From an uncultured Flavobacteriales bacterium (GTDB lineage: Bacteria > Bacteroidota > Bacteroidia > Flavobacteriales > Schleiferiaceae), in the NCBI GenBank assembly GCA_963925545.1, contig CAWUSA010000005.1, positions 22,472 through 86,471 on the forward strand: a stretch of 64,000 bases of DNA, read 5' to 3'. Under the pieces are notes generated by a model. It ran no database searches, was not told the origin of the DNA, and saw only the letters and a list, made by a program, of their open reading frames with translations. Positions 1-9,023 of the stretch are shown one piece after another. The first letter of the stretch is position 1; the number at the start of each line of letters is the position of its first letter. The position numbers and the translations under genes were made by a program.

Positions 1-1752
1 TACCAGGGGGTTGGTGTGGCCAATGCCTCCAAGATTTACTTCAGCAAGGACGTGTCTGATCTCAATGTTTTGGAGTCAGCCGTATTGGTTGGTATGTTCA
101 AAAACCCCTCGCTGTACAACCCCGCCAGGGCTAAATATGCTGACCGCGTCTTGCAACGACGCAACACGGTAATCCGCCAGATGCAACGCAACGATTACCT
201 CAGCCAATCTGAGGCGGACTCCTTGGTCACCATGCCTATTGCACTGCGTTTCAATCGACAGGGCCACGACCAAGGCATGGCGCCCTACCTGCGCGAGCAC
301 GTCCGCCGGGAAATGAAACTGTGGGCCAGCTCACATCGCAAGCCAGACGGCAGCAAGTACAACATCTACACTGATGGTTTAGTGATCTACACCAGCATTG
401 ACAGCCGCATGCAGCGGGCGGCGGAGTCCGCCATGACAGCACACATGAGCAACCTACAAAAGGTCTTTTTCAAGCAGGTCAACAGCCGACGCGCAGGACC
501 CTTCCATTTCCCGAAGGCAGACGCCGTGGTCGAAGGCAAAAAGCTCCTGAAGGCTGGCATGCGTCAAACCCAGCGCTACAGGAACCTGAAGCAATCAGGT
601 GCCAGCAATGCGGCCATAGAAAAAGCCTTCAGCACGGCGATACCCATGAAGCTGTTTTCCTGGAGCGGGGACATTGACACGGTTATCAGCCCCATGGATT
701 CTATTCAGTACTACAAATCCATTTACCAGACAGGGGTGCTGAGCGTGGAGCCACAAACAGGCTTCATCAAGGCATGGGTTGGGGGCATTGATTTCCGCCA
801 TTTCCAATACGATCATGTGATTCAAGGGCGGCGCCAAGTCGGCTCAACCTTCAAGCCCTTTGTCTATGCCGCAGCCATTTCTGAAAAGAAGTATTCGCCT
901 TGCTTAGAAATTCCCAATGTGCAGACCTGCATTGAAAAGGGACAGTTTGGCCTGTTGGAGGATTGGTGTCCCAGCAATTCAGATGATGTCTACGGCGGAG
1001 CGCTCACCCTGAAGGAGGCCCTGGCCGGTTCCGTGAATTCTGTCACCGCTTACCTTATGAAGCAAATCGGGCCAAGGCCCGTGATCTCCATGGCGAAGTC
1101 CCTTGGCGTGAAATCCGCCATCCCTGAGGTGCCATCCATTGCCCTGGGTGCCGTGGATTTAAGCGTGTATGAAATGGTCGGCGCCTACACCGCGTTTGGC
1201 AACAAGGGCCTCTACACAGAGCCTATCGTCATGCTCAGGATTGAGAACAAGGACGGGGTGGTGCTCGATGAGTTTGTGCCTGAAACGCGGGAAGTCTTCA
1301 GCCCTGAAATCGCCTACACCATGGTTCAACTCCTAGAAGGCGTCACCAACAAGGGCACGGGACGCAGGCTCCGCCACAGCGGGGGCAGATACCTCAACGA
1401 CATTGTCACAGGCTACCCCTATGGCTTCACCAATGACATCGCGGGGAAAACAGGCACCACACAAAATCAATCCGATGGATGGTTCATTGGCATGGTGCCT
1501 AATTTGATCACAGGCATCTGGTCTGGCTGCCAGGATCGCGCCGCCCACTTTGGCAGCACGTATTATGGCCAAGGCGCTACGGTAGCCTTGCCAATATGGG
1601 GGCTTTACATGCAGTCCCTGTATGAGATGCCTGAGCTTGGCATCAGCAAAGAACCCTTTGAGCGGCCACAAAACATGAACATCAACGTGGATTGTGATGT
1701 TGTTGACGTTCAAGCCGGTGGTAGCTTCAATGATGACGATGAATTCAATTAA
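1..1752 (+). CDS. Class A penicillin-binding protein (PBP1A-type transglycosylase/transpeptidase), 5' end outside window
   Basis: The frame is open from nt 1; the track ORF begins at an internal GTG at nt 16. The tail of a GT51 region is followed by transpeptidase motifs STFK (SxxK), SVNS (SxN) and KTGTT (KTG). Confidence 0.9.
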   Translation, partial: YQGVGVANASKIYFSKDVSDLNVLESAVLVGMFKNPSLYNPARAKYADRVLQRRNTVIRQMQRNDYLSQSEADSLVTMPIALRFNRQGHDQGMAPYLREHVRREMKLWASSHRKPDGSKYNIYTDGLVIYTSIDSRMQRAAESAMTAHMSNLQKVFFKQVNSRRAGPFHFPKADAVVEGKKLLKAGMRQTQRYRNLKQSGASNAAIEKAFSTAIPMKLFSWSGDIDTVISPMDSIQYYKSIYQTGVLSVEPQTGFIKAWVGGIDFRHFQYDHVIQGRRQVGSTFKPFVYAAAISEKKYSPCLEIPNVQTCIEKGQFGLLEDWCPSNSDDVYGGALTLKEALAGSVNSVTAYLMKQIGPRPVISMAKSLGVKSAIPEVPSIALGAVDLSVYEMVGAYTAFGNKGLYTEPIVMLRIENKDGVVLDEFVPETREVFSPEIAYTMVQLLEGVTNKGTGRRLRHSGGRYLNDIVTGYPYGFTNDIAGKTGTTQNQSDGWFIGMVPNLITGIWSGCQDRAAHFGSTYYGQGATVALPIWGLYMQSLYEMPELGISKEPFERPQNMNINVDCDVVDVQAGGSFNDDDEFN

Positions 1753-1764
1753 ACTGAAAACCCC

Positions 1765-2466
1765 ATGATCAATCGAATCGTAGACAATGCTGATATAGCC
1801 CTTGAGGGGTTGGAAGATGGCATGACGGTGATGTTTGGTGGATTTGGCCTTTGTGGCATTCCGGAAAACAGCATCGCAGCCATCAGAAAAAAGGGCATCA
1901 AAAACCTGACATGCATTTCCAACAATGCCGGGGTAGACCACTTTGGACTTGGCATCCTTTTAGACAATGGCCAAATCAAAAAAATGATCTCTTCCTATGT
2001 GGGAGAGAATGATGAATTTGAACGCCAAATGCTCTCTGGTGAGCTGGAGGTGGAATTGATCCCGCAAGGCACCCTGGCGGAACGATGCCGTGCCGCTGGC
2101 GCAGGCATTCCCGCTTTCTTCACACCTGCCGGCTATGGAACGGAAGTGGCTGAGGGCAAGGAGGTGCGCGAGTTCAATGGCAAGCCACATATTCTTGAAC
2201 ATGCCTTTGACAGCAGCTTTGCTTTTGTGAAGGCTTGGAAGGGGGACGCCGCAGGCAACCTCATCTTCAAGGGAACCGCCAGAAACTTCAACCCCTTGAT
2301 GGCCATGGCAGGAAAGATTACTGTAGCTGAGGTTGAGCAATTGCTTCCCGCTGGCCAGCTGGACCCCAACGAGATCCATGTTCCCGGCATTTTTGTCCAC
2401 CGCATCTACCAAGGTCCGGCTTTTGAAAAGCGCATTGAGCAGCGCACGGTTCGTTCACGCTCTTAA
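1765..2466 (+). CDS. scoA: 3-oxoacid CoA-transferase subunit A (family I CoA-transferase)
   Basis: ATG at 1765, 233 aa. The N-terminus ..[16 protein letters not shown].. is typical of A subunits. The B subunit follows after 11 nt. Confidence 0.9.
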   Translation: MINRIVDNADIALEGLEDGMTVMFGGFGLCGIPENSIAAIRKKGIKNLTCISNNAGVDHFGLGILLDNGQIKKMISSYVGENDEFERQMLSGELEVELIPQGTLAERCRAAGAGIPAFFTPAGYGTEVAEGKEVREFNGKPHILEHAFDSSFAFVKAWKGDAAGNLIFKGTARNFNPLMAMAGKITVAEVEQLLPAGQLDPNEIHVPGIFVHRIYQGPAFEKRIEQRTVRSRS

Positions 2467-2477
2467 TTGACCTACTC

Positions 2478-3140
2478 ATGGCACTTGATAAAAACGGCAT
2501 CGCACAACGCATCGCGCAGGAACTACAAAGTGGTTGGTATGTCAACCTAGGCATCGGCATCCCCACCCTGGTGGCCAACTACATTCCTGAGGGCATTGAC
2601 ATCGAATTCCAATCAGAAAATGGCATCCTTGGCATGGGTCCTTTCCCTTTTGAAGGTGAGGAGAGCCCAGACCTGATCAATGCCGGCAAACAAACCATCA
2701 CCGCCTTGGATGGCGCATCATTTTTTGACAGCGCTACCAGCTTTGCCATGATACGGGCACAAAAGGTGCAGCTGACGGTGCTTGGTGCCATGGAAGTCTC
2801 TGAAAACGGTGACATTGCCAATTGGAAAATCCCTGGCAAAATGGTCAAGGGCATGGGTGGCGCCATGGACTTGGTTGCCAGCGCTGAAAACATCATTGTG
2901 GCCATGCAGCACTGCAACCGCAAGGGCGCGTCCAAGCTGCTCAAGGCCTGCTCACTACCCATCACAGGCGTGCAATGCGTAAAAAAAGTGGTCACAGATC
3001 TTGCAGTCATGGACATCGATCCCGATCAAGGTTTCATCCTCAGGGAGCGCGCGCCCGGCGTGTCCGTTGAAGCGATTGTCGCTGCAACTGAGGGCCGGCT
3101 GACCGTGCCAGAACATGTGCCAGAAATGCAACTTGATTGA
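2478..3140 (+). CDS. scoB: 3-oxoacid CoA-transferase subunit B
   Basis: ATG at 2478, 220 aa. It carries the SENG motif (catalytic Glu of B subunits) in FQSENGILGMGPFP. Confidence 0.9.
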   Translation: MALDKNGIAQRIAQELQSGWYVNLGIGIPTLVANYIPEGIDIEFQSENGILGMGPFPFEGEESPDLINAGKQTITALDGASFFDSATSFAMIRAQKVQLTVLGAMEVSENGDIANWKIPGKMVKGMGGAMDLVASAENIIVAMQHCNRKGASKLLKACSLPITGVQCVKKVVTDLAVMDIDPDQGFILRERAPGVSVEAIVAATEGRLTVPEHVPEMQLD

Positions 3141-3223
3141 GACCTCACGCTTGCTGCAATGGTGTATCTTCGGACAATTCTGTCATCAGACAGGATCATG
3201 ACAGACCCCATTAATGACCGACC

Positions 3224-4492
3224 ATGGAAGCAAGCACTGCGTTGATTAACAATGAAGCCATAACCTTTGGCCTACTGATGGCCATCCTTGGCTTGGTTTT
3301 CTATTTCTCATCCAGAGACAAGTACGCTGGGTTCTTCAGGGTCATTCCCGCCCTGTTGCTTTGTTACTTTCTACCATCGTTGCTGACAACATTTGGGTTG
3401 GTTTCCGCAGATAACAACCTCTACTTTGTCGCTTCACGCTACCTCCTTCCAGCGTCTTTGATATTGCTCACGCTCAGCATTGACCTCAAGGCAGTGATTG
3501 GACTAGGCCCCAAGGCCCTGATCATGTTTTTCACAGCCACGGCAGGCATCATCCTGGGCGGACCAATTGCCTTGTTGATCACCAGTGCTGTGGCCCCAGA
3601 CTTGCTGGGCGGCGTTGGTCCAGAAGCACTCTGGCGAGGCCTCTCCACCGTGGCAGGATCGTGGATCGGCGGTGGCGCCAACCAGGCTGCCATGTATGAA
3701 ATTTTCCAACCCACAGATGGCCTTTACTCTGTCATGATCACCGTGGATGTGATTGTCGCTGAAATTTGGATGGCTTTTATCTTGATTGGCGCCGCGAAGT
3801 CAGACAAGATTGATCAATGGCTCAGGGCAGACAACAGCAGCGTCAAAACCCTACAAAACAAGATGGAAGATTTCATTGCTCGCACGGCAAAAATTCCCAC
3901 CCTGTCTGATGTTATGATGATACTGGGCATTGCTTTTGGCGGCGTAGCCCTGGCGCATGTCGCCGGCGACTATGTGGCGCCATGGTTTGCAGAGCACTAC
4001 CCCTACACGGCTAATTTCAGTTTAACCAGCGCCTTTTTCTGGATTGTGATTGTAGCCACATCCGTTGGTCTTTTGCTTTCCTTCACGAGGGTTCGGCAGC
4101 TTGAAGGAGCTGGCGCAAGCCGACTGGGATCCGTATTTATTTACATCCTGGTGGGCACCATCGGCATGAAGATGGACATCCGAGAGGTCTTCAATGAGCC
4201 AGGTTATTTTGCAGTTGGATTGCTGTGGATGATCTTCCATGTAGCTACCTTGATTTTGGTGGCGCGACTGATCAAGGCCCCTTTCTTTTTTGTTGCCATC
4301 GGCTCGAAGGCCAACATTGGCGGCGCGGCCTCTGCCCCAGTTGTTGCTGCAGCCTTTCACCCCTCGCTGGCCCCTGTGGGCGTTTTGCTAGCGGTGGTTG
4401 GCTACGCGGTGGGCACCTATGGTGGGTGGCTGACAGCTTTTTTGATGCACCTGGCTTCCGGAGATCCCGGACCGCTGATGCTTGGATCTTGA
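3224..4492 (+). CDS. Polytopic membrane protein, DUF819-like, function unknown
   Basis: 422 aa, hydrophobic throughout with many predicted TM segments and no soluble domain. The family name is from memory only. Confidence 0.75.
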   Translation: MEASTALINNEAITFGLLMAILGLVFYFSSRDKYAGFFRVIPALLLCYFLPSLLTTFGLVSADNNLYFVASRYLLPASLILLTLSIDLKAVIGLGPKALIMFFTATAGIILGGPIALLITSAVAPDLLGGVGPEALWRGLSTVAGSWIGGGANQAAMYEIFQPTDGLYSVMITVDVIVAEIWMAFILIGAAKSDKIDQWLRADNSSVKTLQNKMEDFIARTAKIPTLSDVMMILGIAFGGVALAHVAGDYVAPWFAEHYPYTANFSLTSAFFWIVIVATSVGLLLSFTRVRQLEGAGASRLGSVFIYILVGTIGMKMDIREVFNEPGYFAVGLLWMIFHVATLILVARLIKAPFFFVAIGSKANIGGAASAPVVAAAFHPSLAPVGVLLAVVGYAVGTYGGWLTAFLMHLASGDPGPLMLGS

Positions 4493-4502
4493 TTCCCTTG
4501 TC

Positions 4503-5906
4503 ATGATGAAGAACTCAACCCTTACCTCATTTTCTCTGCTGGCCTTGATGGCCCTACCCACACAAGCCTATGCACAATCCTCAAGCCAGAGCGAGGAGGC
4601 CTTCATCCACAGCCTCTATGCAGAAGCCTTGGATGTGCAACAAGGCTACCAATGGCTGGACGACTTATCGACCAATGTAGGGCCCCGCTTATCGGGGTCC
4701 CCCGGTGATTCAATGGCTGTTTTATGGGCGGTTGAAACCCTTGACAGCCTTGGTTTTGATCGAGTTTTCACGCAAGCCGTTGATGTGCGTCACTGGCAAC
4801 GCGGCGAAGAAACAGCTGACTTTGAAAGCGCTTCAGGCAGCAAAGTATTGCATGTCACTGCCCTGGGCGGATCTGTACCCACTCCGGGAGGCAATGGCGG
4901 CGAAGGCATCACAGCAGAAGTTATTGAGATTGTGGGCCGGGACGACCTGCACGCAAAAGGCCACTTACTCAAAGGAAAAATTGCCTTTTTCAATGAGCCC
5001 ATGGACCCGGGCTTGATTCGCACAGGCTCTGCTTATGGCCGAGCCGGATGGCAGCGATGGGGCGGCGCCTCTATGGCGGCAAAATATGGCGCAGTGGCCG
5101 TAGTGGTTCGGTCCCTGACCCACAGGCAAGACGATTTTCCCCACACGGGAGCTATGGCTTATGAGGAGAAAGTCGCAAAAATTCCCGCTGCAGGAATTAG
5201 CACAAATGACGCAAATTGGCTTAGTTATGAGCTAAAAACAGCAAAAAATGGCCATTTTCACCTTGTTTTAGGCTGTAAAGAGAAAAAACGGAAAACCTCC
5301 TACAACGTGATTGCGGAGTGGACAGGCAGCAGCCACTCAGATGAGGTGGTGGTGGTTGGCGGCCACCTGGATTCATGGGACCTCGGGCGCGGAACCCAGG
5401 ATGACGGCGCTGGTGTCGCGCATGCCATGCACGCCTTATGGCTATTAAAGCAGTCAGGCTACACCCCACACAGAACCCATCGCATCGTTCTCTTTGCCAA
5501 CGAAGAGTTTGGCCTGGACGGCGCAAGGGCCTACGCCAACGAGGGGCTTGAGGCGGGAAGAAAGCATGTCATTGCCCTAGAGTCTGATGGCGGGTCTGGC
5601 GCGCCAAGGGGCTTCTCTGTGCACGACGTGCCTGGCGCCATTGAGGCCATCAAGCCATTCGATAAGCAGCTTGCACGCTACGGTTGCAGGGATTGGGCCA
5701 TTGGTGGTTCAGGTGCTGATGTCGGTCAGATCGATGACGATGGCGTCTTGCTCATTGGCTACCGGGGCGATAGCCAGCGCTATTTTGACTACCACCACAC
5801 GGCACAAGACAACATGGACTCCGTACACCCCAGAGAGCTCGAGATGGGATCCGCATCCATTGCGGCCCTTTTGTACCTGCTTGACAAGAATCTGGTTAGC
5901 CGCTAG
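4503..5906 (+). CDS. Secreted M28-family aminopeptidase
   Basis: Signal peptide MMKNSTLTSFSLLALMALPTQAYA starts at ATG 4503; the track ORF starts at TTG 4482, inside the previous gene's 3' end. Metal-ligand regions GGHLDSWDLGRGTQDDGAGVA and ANEEFGLDG are typical of M28. Confidence 0.85.
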   Translation: MMKNSTLTSFSLLALMALPTQAYAQSSSQSEEAFIHSLYAEALDVQQGYQWLDDLSTNVGPRLSGSPGDSMAVLWAVETLDSLGFDRVFTQAVDVRHWQRGEETADFESASGSKVLHVTALGGSVPTPGGNGGEGITAEVIEIVGRDDLHAKGHLLKGKIAFFNEPMDPGLIRTGSAYGRAGWQRWGGASMAAKYGAVAVVVRSLTHRQDDFPHTGAMAYEEKVAKIPAAGISTNDANWLSYELKTAKNGHFHLVLGCKEKKRKTSYNVIAEWTGSSHSDEVVVVGGHLDSWDLGRGTQDDGAGVAHAMHALWLLKQSGYTPHRTHRIVLFANEEFGLDGARAYANEGLEAGRKHVIALESDGGSGAPRGFSVHDVPGAIEAIKPFDKQLARYGCRDWAIGGSGADVGQIDDDGVLLIGYRGDSQRYFDYHHTAQDNMDSVHPRELEMGSASIAALLYLLDKNLVSR

Positions 5907-7954
5907 TAGGCCAGTAAGGCTTGCATGGCCTTTGCTACTTTATCTGCACTAGGCAACAAGGCCGCTTCCAGCGTGCTGTTAAGCGGAATGGCAGGGGTGC
6001 TTTCAGAACCAATCACTGTAACGGGCGCATCCAAGGAGTCAAAACAGGCCGCCTGAATACGTCCAGCAAGGGACTGGGCAAAGCTGTTGGCTACTGGCTC
6101 CTCGGTGATAACCATGACCCTTCCATGCGCTGCAGAACGCTCCGCGATCAATGCTTCGTCGATCGGAACAATGGTCCGTAAGTCCACAATTTCCACCCCA
6201 CCATTCACCTGTTGGCTTGCCTCTAGGGCCCAGTGTACTCCTCTGCCATAGGTAATGACACAAAGGCTTTCACCCGCCTCAGGCTTTGCCGCTTGAACGA
6301 TGCGACCCTTGCCAAAGGGTATAGCGTAATCTGCGTCGGGCTCAATAGTTTTGGCTGAATCTGTGCCAGGTATTTTGGACCAGTACAGCCCTTTATGCTC
6401 AAGCATGACTACAGGGTTGGGGTCGTAGAAGGCGGACTTCATCAAGCCCTTGAGGTCTGCCCCATTGGACGGGTAGGCCACCTTAATGCCACGAATATTG
6501 CTGAGGACTGACTCTACCGATGAGGAGTGGTAAGGCCCCCCAGACCCATAGGCCCCAATGGGCACACGTATGACAGCACTCGCGGGCCATTTGCCATTAG
6601 AGAGGTAGTTGGATCGGCTTAGCTCGCTAAAAAGCTGGTTTAAGCCGGGCCAGATGTAATCAGCAAATTGGATTTCCACGATGGGCTTCAATCCCACGGC
6701 GGCCATACCAACGGTGCTGCCAATAATAAAGGCTTCTTGGATTGGGGTGTTGAAGGCCCGATCGTCGCCAAATGTTTGCGCCAAGGTGGCAGCCTCCCGA
6801 AAGACACCACCCAATCGGTGACCGACATCTTGTCCGTACAACAATGCTTCAGGGTGCTCTTCCATGATTTCACGGATAGCAAACAGGGCACAATCAACCA
6901 TCACCGTGGATTCCCGATCTGCGGGCGCTCGCTCGCCCCGCTCCTCAGTGATGGGGCTTTCTGCGTAGCAGTGCGTGAAGAGGTCTTCTGCAGAGGGATC
7001 TTCTGCCGCCATGGCGCGCTCAAAGTCTGAGGCAACCAATGCATTGGCCTTCTTCACAAGACCCTTGAGCTGATTGGCATCAACCCCTTGTTCAACCAAG
7101 AAGTCATGAAGCTTAGGAAATGGGTCACGCTTGGCCGCTTCGTCCAAATCGTCCCGGTACCACTCCATGCGAACCCCCGAAGTGTGGTGATTCAACAACG
7201 GAACGGTTGCGTGGATTAGGTGGGGCTGACGACCCTCTCTCATGGACTTCAAGACTTCACGCACGGCGTGGTAACAGGCGGCAAAGTCGCTGCCGTCTAC
7301 CTGCACCACCTTGATGCCCTTAAATCCTTTTGCGTACTCTGCAGCATTGCCTGACCGGATTTCATCCGCCCGAGCAGAGATGTCCCATTCATTGTCTTGT
7401 ACAAGCATCAGCAAAGGGTACTGCTTCAATGCAGCCATTTGCAACGCCTCGGAGACTTCACCCTCAGTCATGGCAGCGTCCCCAATGGAGCACATCACCA
7501 CGGGCTTGTCGTCCCCCCATCCATCAGTCAAACCCTGCTGTTCGCGGTACTGTATGCCCATCGCTGCCCCTGAGGCAGGAATGGCCTGCATGCCGGTGGC
7601 AGAGGATTGGTGAGGGATTTTTGGTTTGTCGTCATCCTTCAGGCTTGGGTGACAATAGTAGGTTCTTCCACCAGAAAAGGGATCGTCTTTTTTTGCCAGC
7701 AATTGAAGCATTAAATCATACGGGGAAAGACCCATACCTAACAACATGGCGTCATCCCTGTAATATGGGTAGGCGTAGTCACAAGGCTTGAGCTGAAGCC
7801 CCATGGCCAACTGAATGGCCTCATGCCCCCTGGAGGTTGCATGAACATAGGTTTGAGTCACAGCCTTCCGCTTTTCATAAAGCTCAGTCATGGCCTTCGC
7901 TGTTGCCATGAGGCTGAAAGCCTTGAGTAGGATATCTGGAGATTGCTTGCCCAT
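5903..7954 (-). CDS. Fused E1 alpha/beta TPP-dependent 2-oxoacid dehydrogenase component
   Basis: The N-terminal half is E1-alpha-like, with a TPP motif GDAAMTEGEVSEAL...DNEW. The C-terminal half is E1-beta/transketolase-like. The first ATG is at 7954; the track ORF starts at TTG 7978. Confidence 0.85.
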   Translation of the reverse strand: MGKQSPDILLKAFSLMATAKAMTELYEKRKAVTQTYVHATSRGHEAIQLAMGLQLKPCDYAYPYYRDDAMLLGMGLSPYDLMLQLLAKKDDPFSGGRTYYCHPSLKDDDKPKIPHQSSATGMQAIPASGAAMGIQYREQQGLTDGWGDDKPVVMCSIGDAAMTEGEVSEALQMAALKQYPLLMLVQDNEWDISARADEIRSGNAAEYAKGFKGIKVVQVDGSDFAACYHAVREVLKSMREGRQPHLIHATVPLLNHHTSGVRMEWYRDDLDEAAKRDPFPKLHDFLVEQGVDANQLKGLVKKANALVASDFERAMAAEDPSAEDLFTHCYAESPITEERGERAPADRESTVMVDCALFAIREIMEEHPEALLYGQDVGHRLGGVFREAATLAQTFGDDRAFNTPIQEAFIIGSTVGMAAVGLKPIVEIQFADYIWPGLNQLFSELSRSNYLSNGKWPASAVIRVPIGAYGSGGPYHSSSVESVLSNIRGIKVAYPSNGADLKGLMKSAFYDPNPVVMLEHKGLYWSKIPGTDSAKTIEPDADYAIPFGKGRIVQAAKPEAGESLCVITYGRGVHWALEASQQVNGGVEIVDLRTIVPIDEALIAERSAAHGRVMVITEEPVANSFAQSLAGRIQAACFDSLDAPVTVIGSESTPAIPLNSTLEAALLPSADKVAKAMQALLAY

Positions 7955-8081
7955 GCTTATGAGGGTTTGGTTTGGCAAATCAGACTTGTGACAGGCAGCT
8001 GCTTGAGCTGCAAGCCCGGCTTGTTGTTTCCCTCGCTGCCGTCAAGGGCTTTGAACACCGGCAATAGCATGTGTTGCCTGA

Positions 8082-8864
8082 TCATCCGCCGAGCTGAGAT
8101 TTGATGTGCGCAATGGCGGATTTTGCCTCAGGACGAAGCACCAAAGAGCCTGAAATGGCCGCGCGCTCCAGCAGCAGTTCGCCCCAATGGTCAGTGCCTT
8201 GCCAGAACACCTTCTTCAAGGCTTTCATGGCGTCCATGCTTTGCCCCGAAAGGCTGTTTGTCAATCGTTCAACGCCCGCATCAAGCGCCTCCACATCATC
8301 AAAGACTTCTGCGTACAAACCATTGGTCGCTGCCCATGAGGCGGTCCGGAAATTTGTAGCGTCAATGGCCAGCTGGCTCATGGCGTTGCTGCCAATTTTT
8401 CTTTCCACCGCAGGGCCAACCACGAAGGGCCCGATACCAACAGCTAACTCACTCAATTTCACAGAAGCAAATTGGGTGGCAAAGCAATAATCTGTGGCGG
8501 AAGCAATGCCAACACCGCCACCCACGGCTTTGCCATGGACGCGGCCAATGATGAACTTGGGGCAGGTTCGCATGGCATTGATAACCTTTGCAAAGCCAGA
8601 GAAAAACTGCAAACCGTTTTTGTCATTGTCAATGGCCGCCAATTCATCAAAGCTTGCGCCGCCACAAAACGCGCGATCACCGCCAGATTTTAAAACCATG
8701 ACCTTGCTCTCGTTGCTAAGGCCTTCTTCAGTGATCATGGTCGCCAACAGATCCAGCAGCTTCCCCGGCAAGGAATTGCTCAAAGGATGAGAAAAGGTGA
8801 TGGTGGCAACTGCCGCATTGCGGCTCAGGGTAACGCTGCCTTGATCAATGGGGTTGGTGCTCAT
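8082..8864 (-). CDS. Enoyl-CoA hydratase/isomerase (crotonase) family protein
   Basis: 260 aa with a crotonase fold signature (..KSGGDRAFCGGASFDE.., ..GKAVGGGVGIA..). It is not obviously orthologous to E. coli PaaF. Confidence 0.85.
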   Translation of the reverse strand: MSTNPIDQGSVTLSRNAAVATITFSHPLSNSLPGKLLDLLATMITEEGLSNESKVMVLKSGGDRAFCGGASFDELAAIDNDKNGLQFFSGFAKVINAMRTCPKFIIGRVHGKAVGGGVGIASATDYCFATQFASVKLSELAVGIGPFVVGPAVERKIGSNAMSQLAIDATNFRTASWAATNGLYAEVFDDVEALDAGVERLTNSLSGQSMDAMKALKKVFWQGTDHWGELLLERAAISGSLVLRPEAKSAIAHIKSQLGG

Positions 8865-8897
8865 GAGTCAGTCAAATGGAACGAGTTGTTCAAGGTA

Positions 8898-8905
8898 CAA
8901 AAGTA
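8898..8905 (-). promoter_or_regulatory. Bacteroidota-type -7 promoter box TACTTTTG (minus strand)
   Basis: The plus strand reads CAAAAGTA, so the minus strand reads TACTTTTG (TAnnTTTG). It lies 33 nt upstream of ATG 8864, in the 159-nt gap after paaZ. No clear -33 TTG was seen. Confidence 0.4.
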
Positions 8906-9023
8906 GCGTGGGCCACGTTCATGGCGATGGAATTTAACAGGCCTCCACTGATATTTTTAATTGGTCGTAAATCAAAATCCATTGAAATTGATGGTTTGGA
9001 AGCCATTGCAAGGTTCAGGTTAG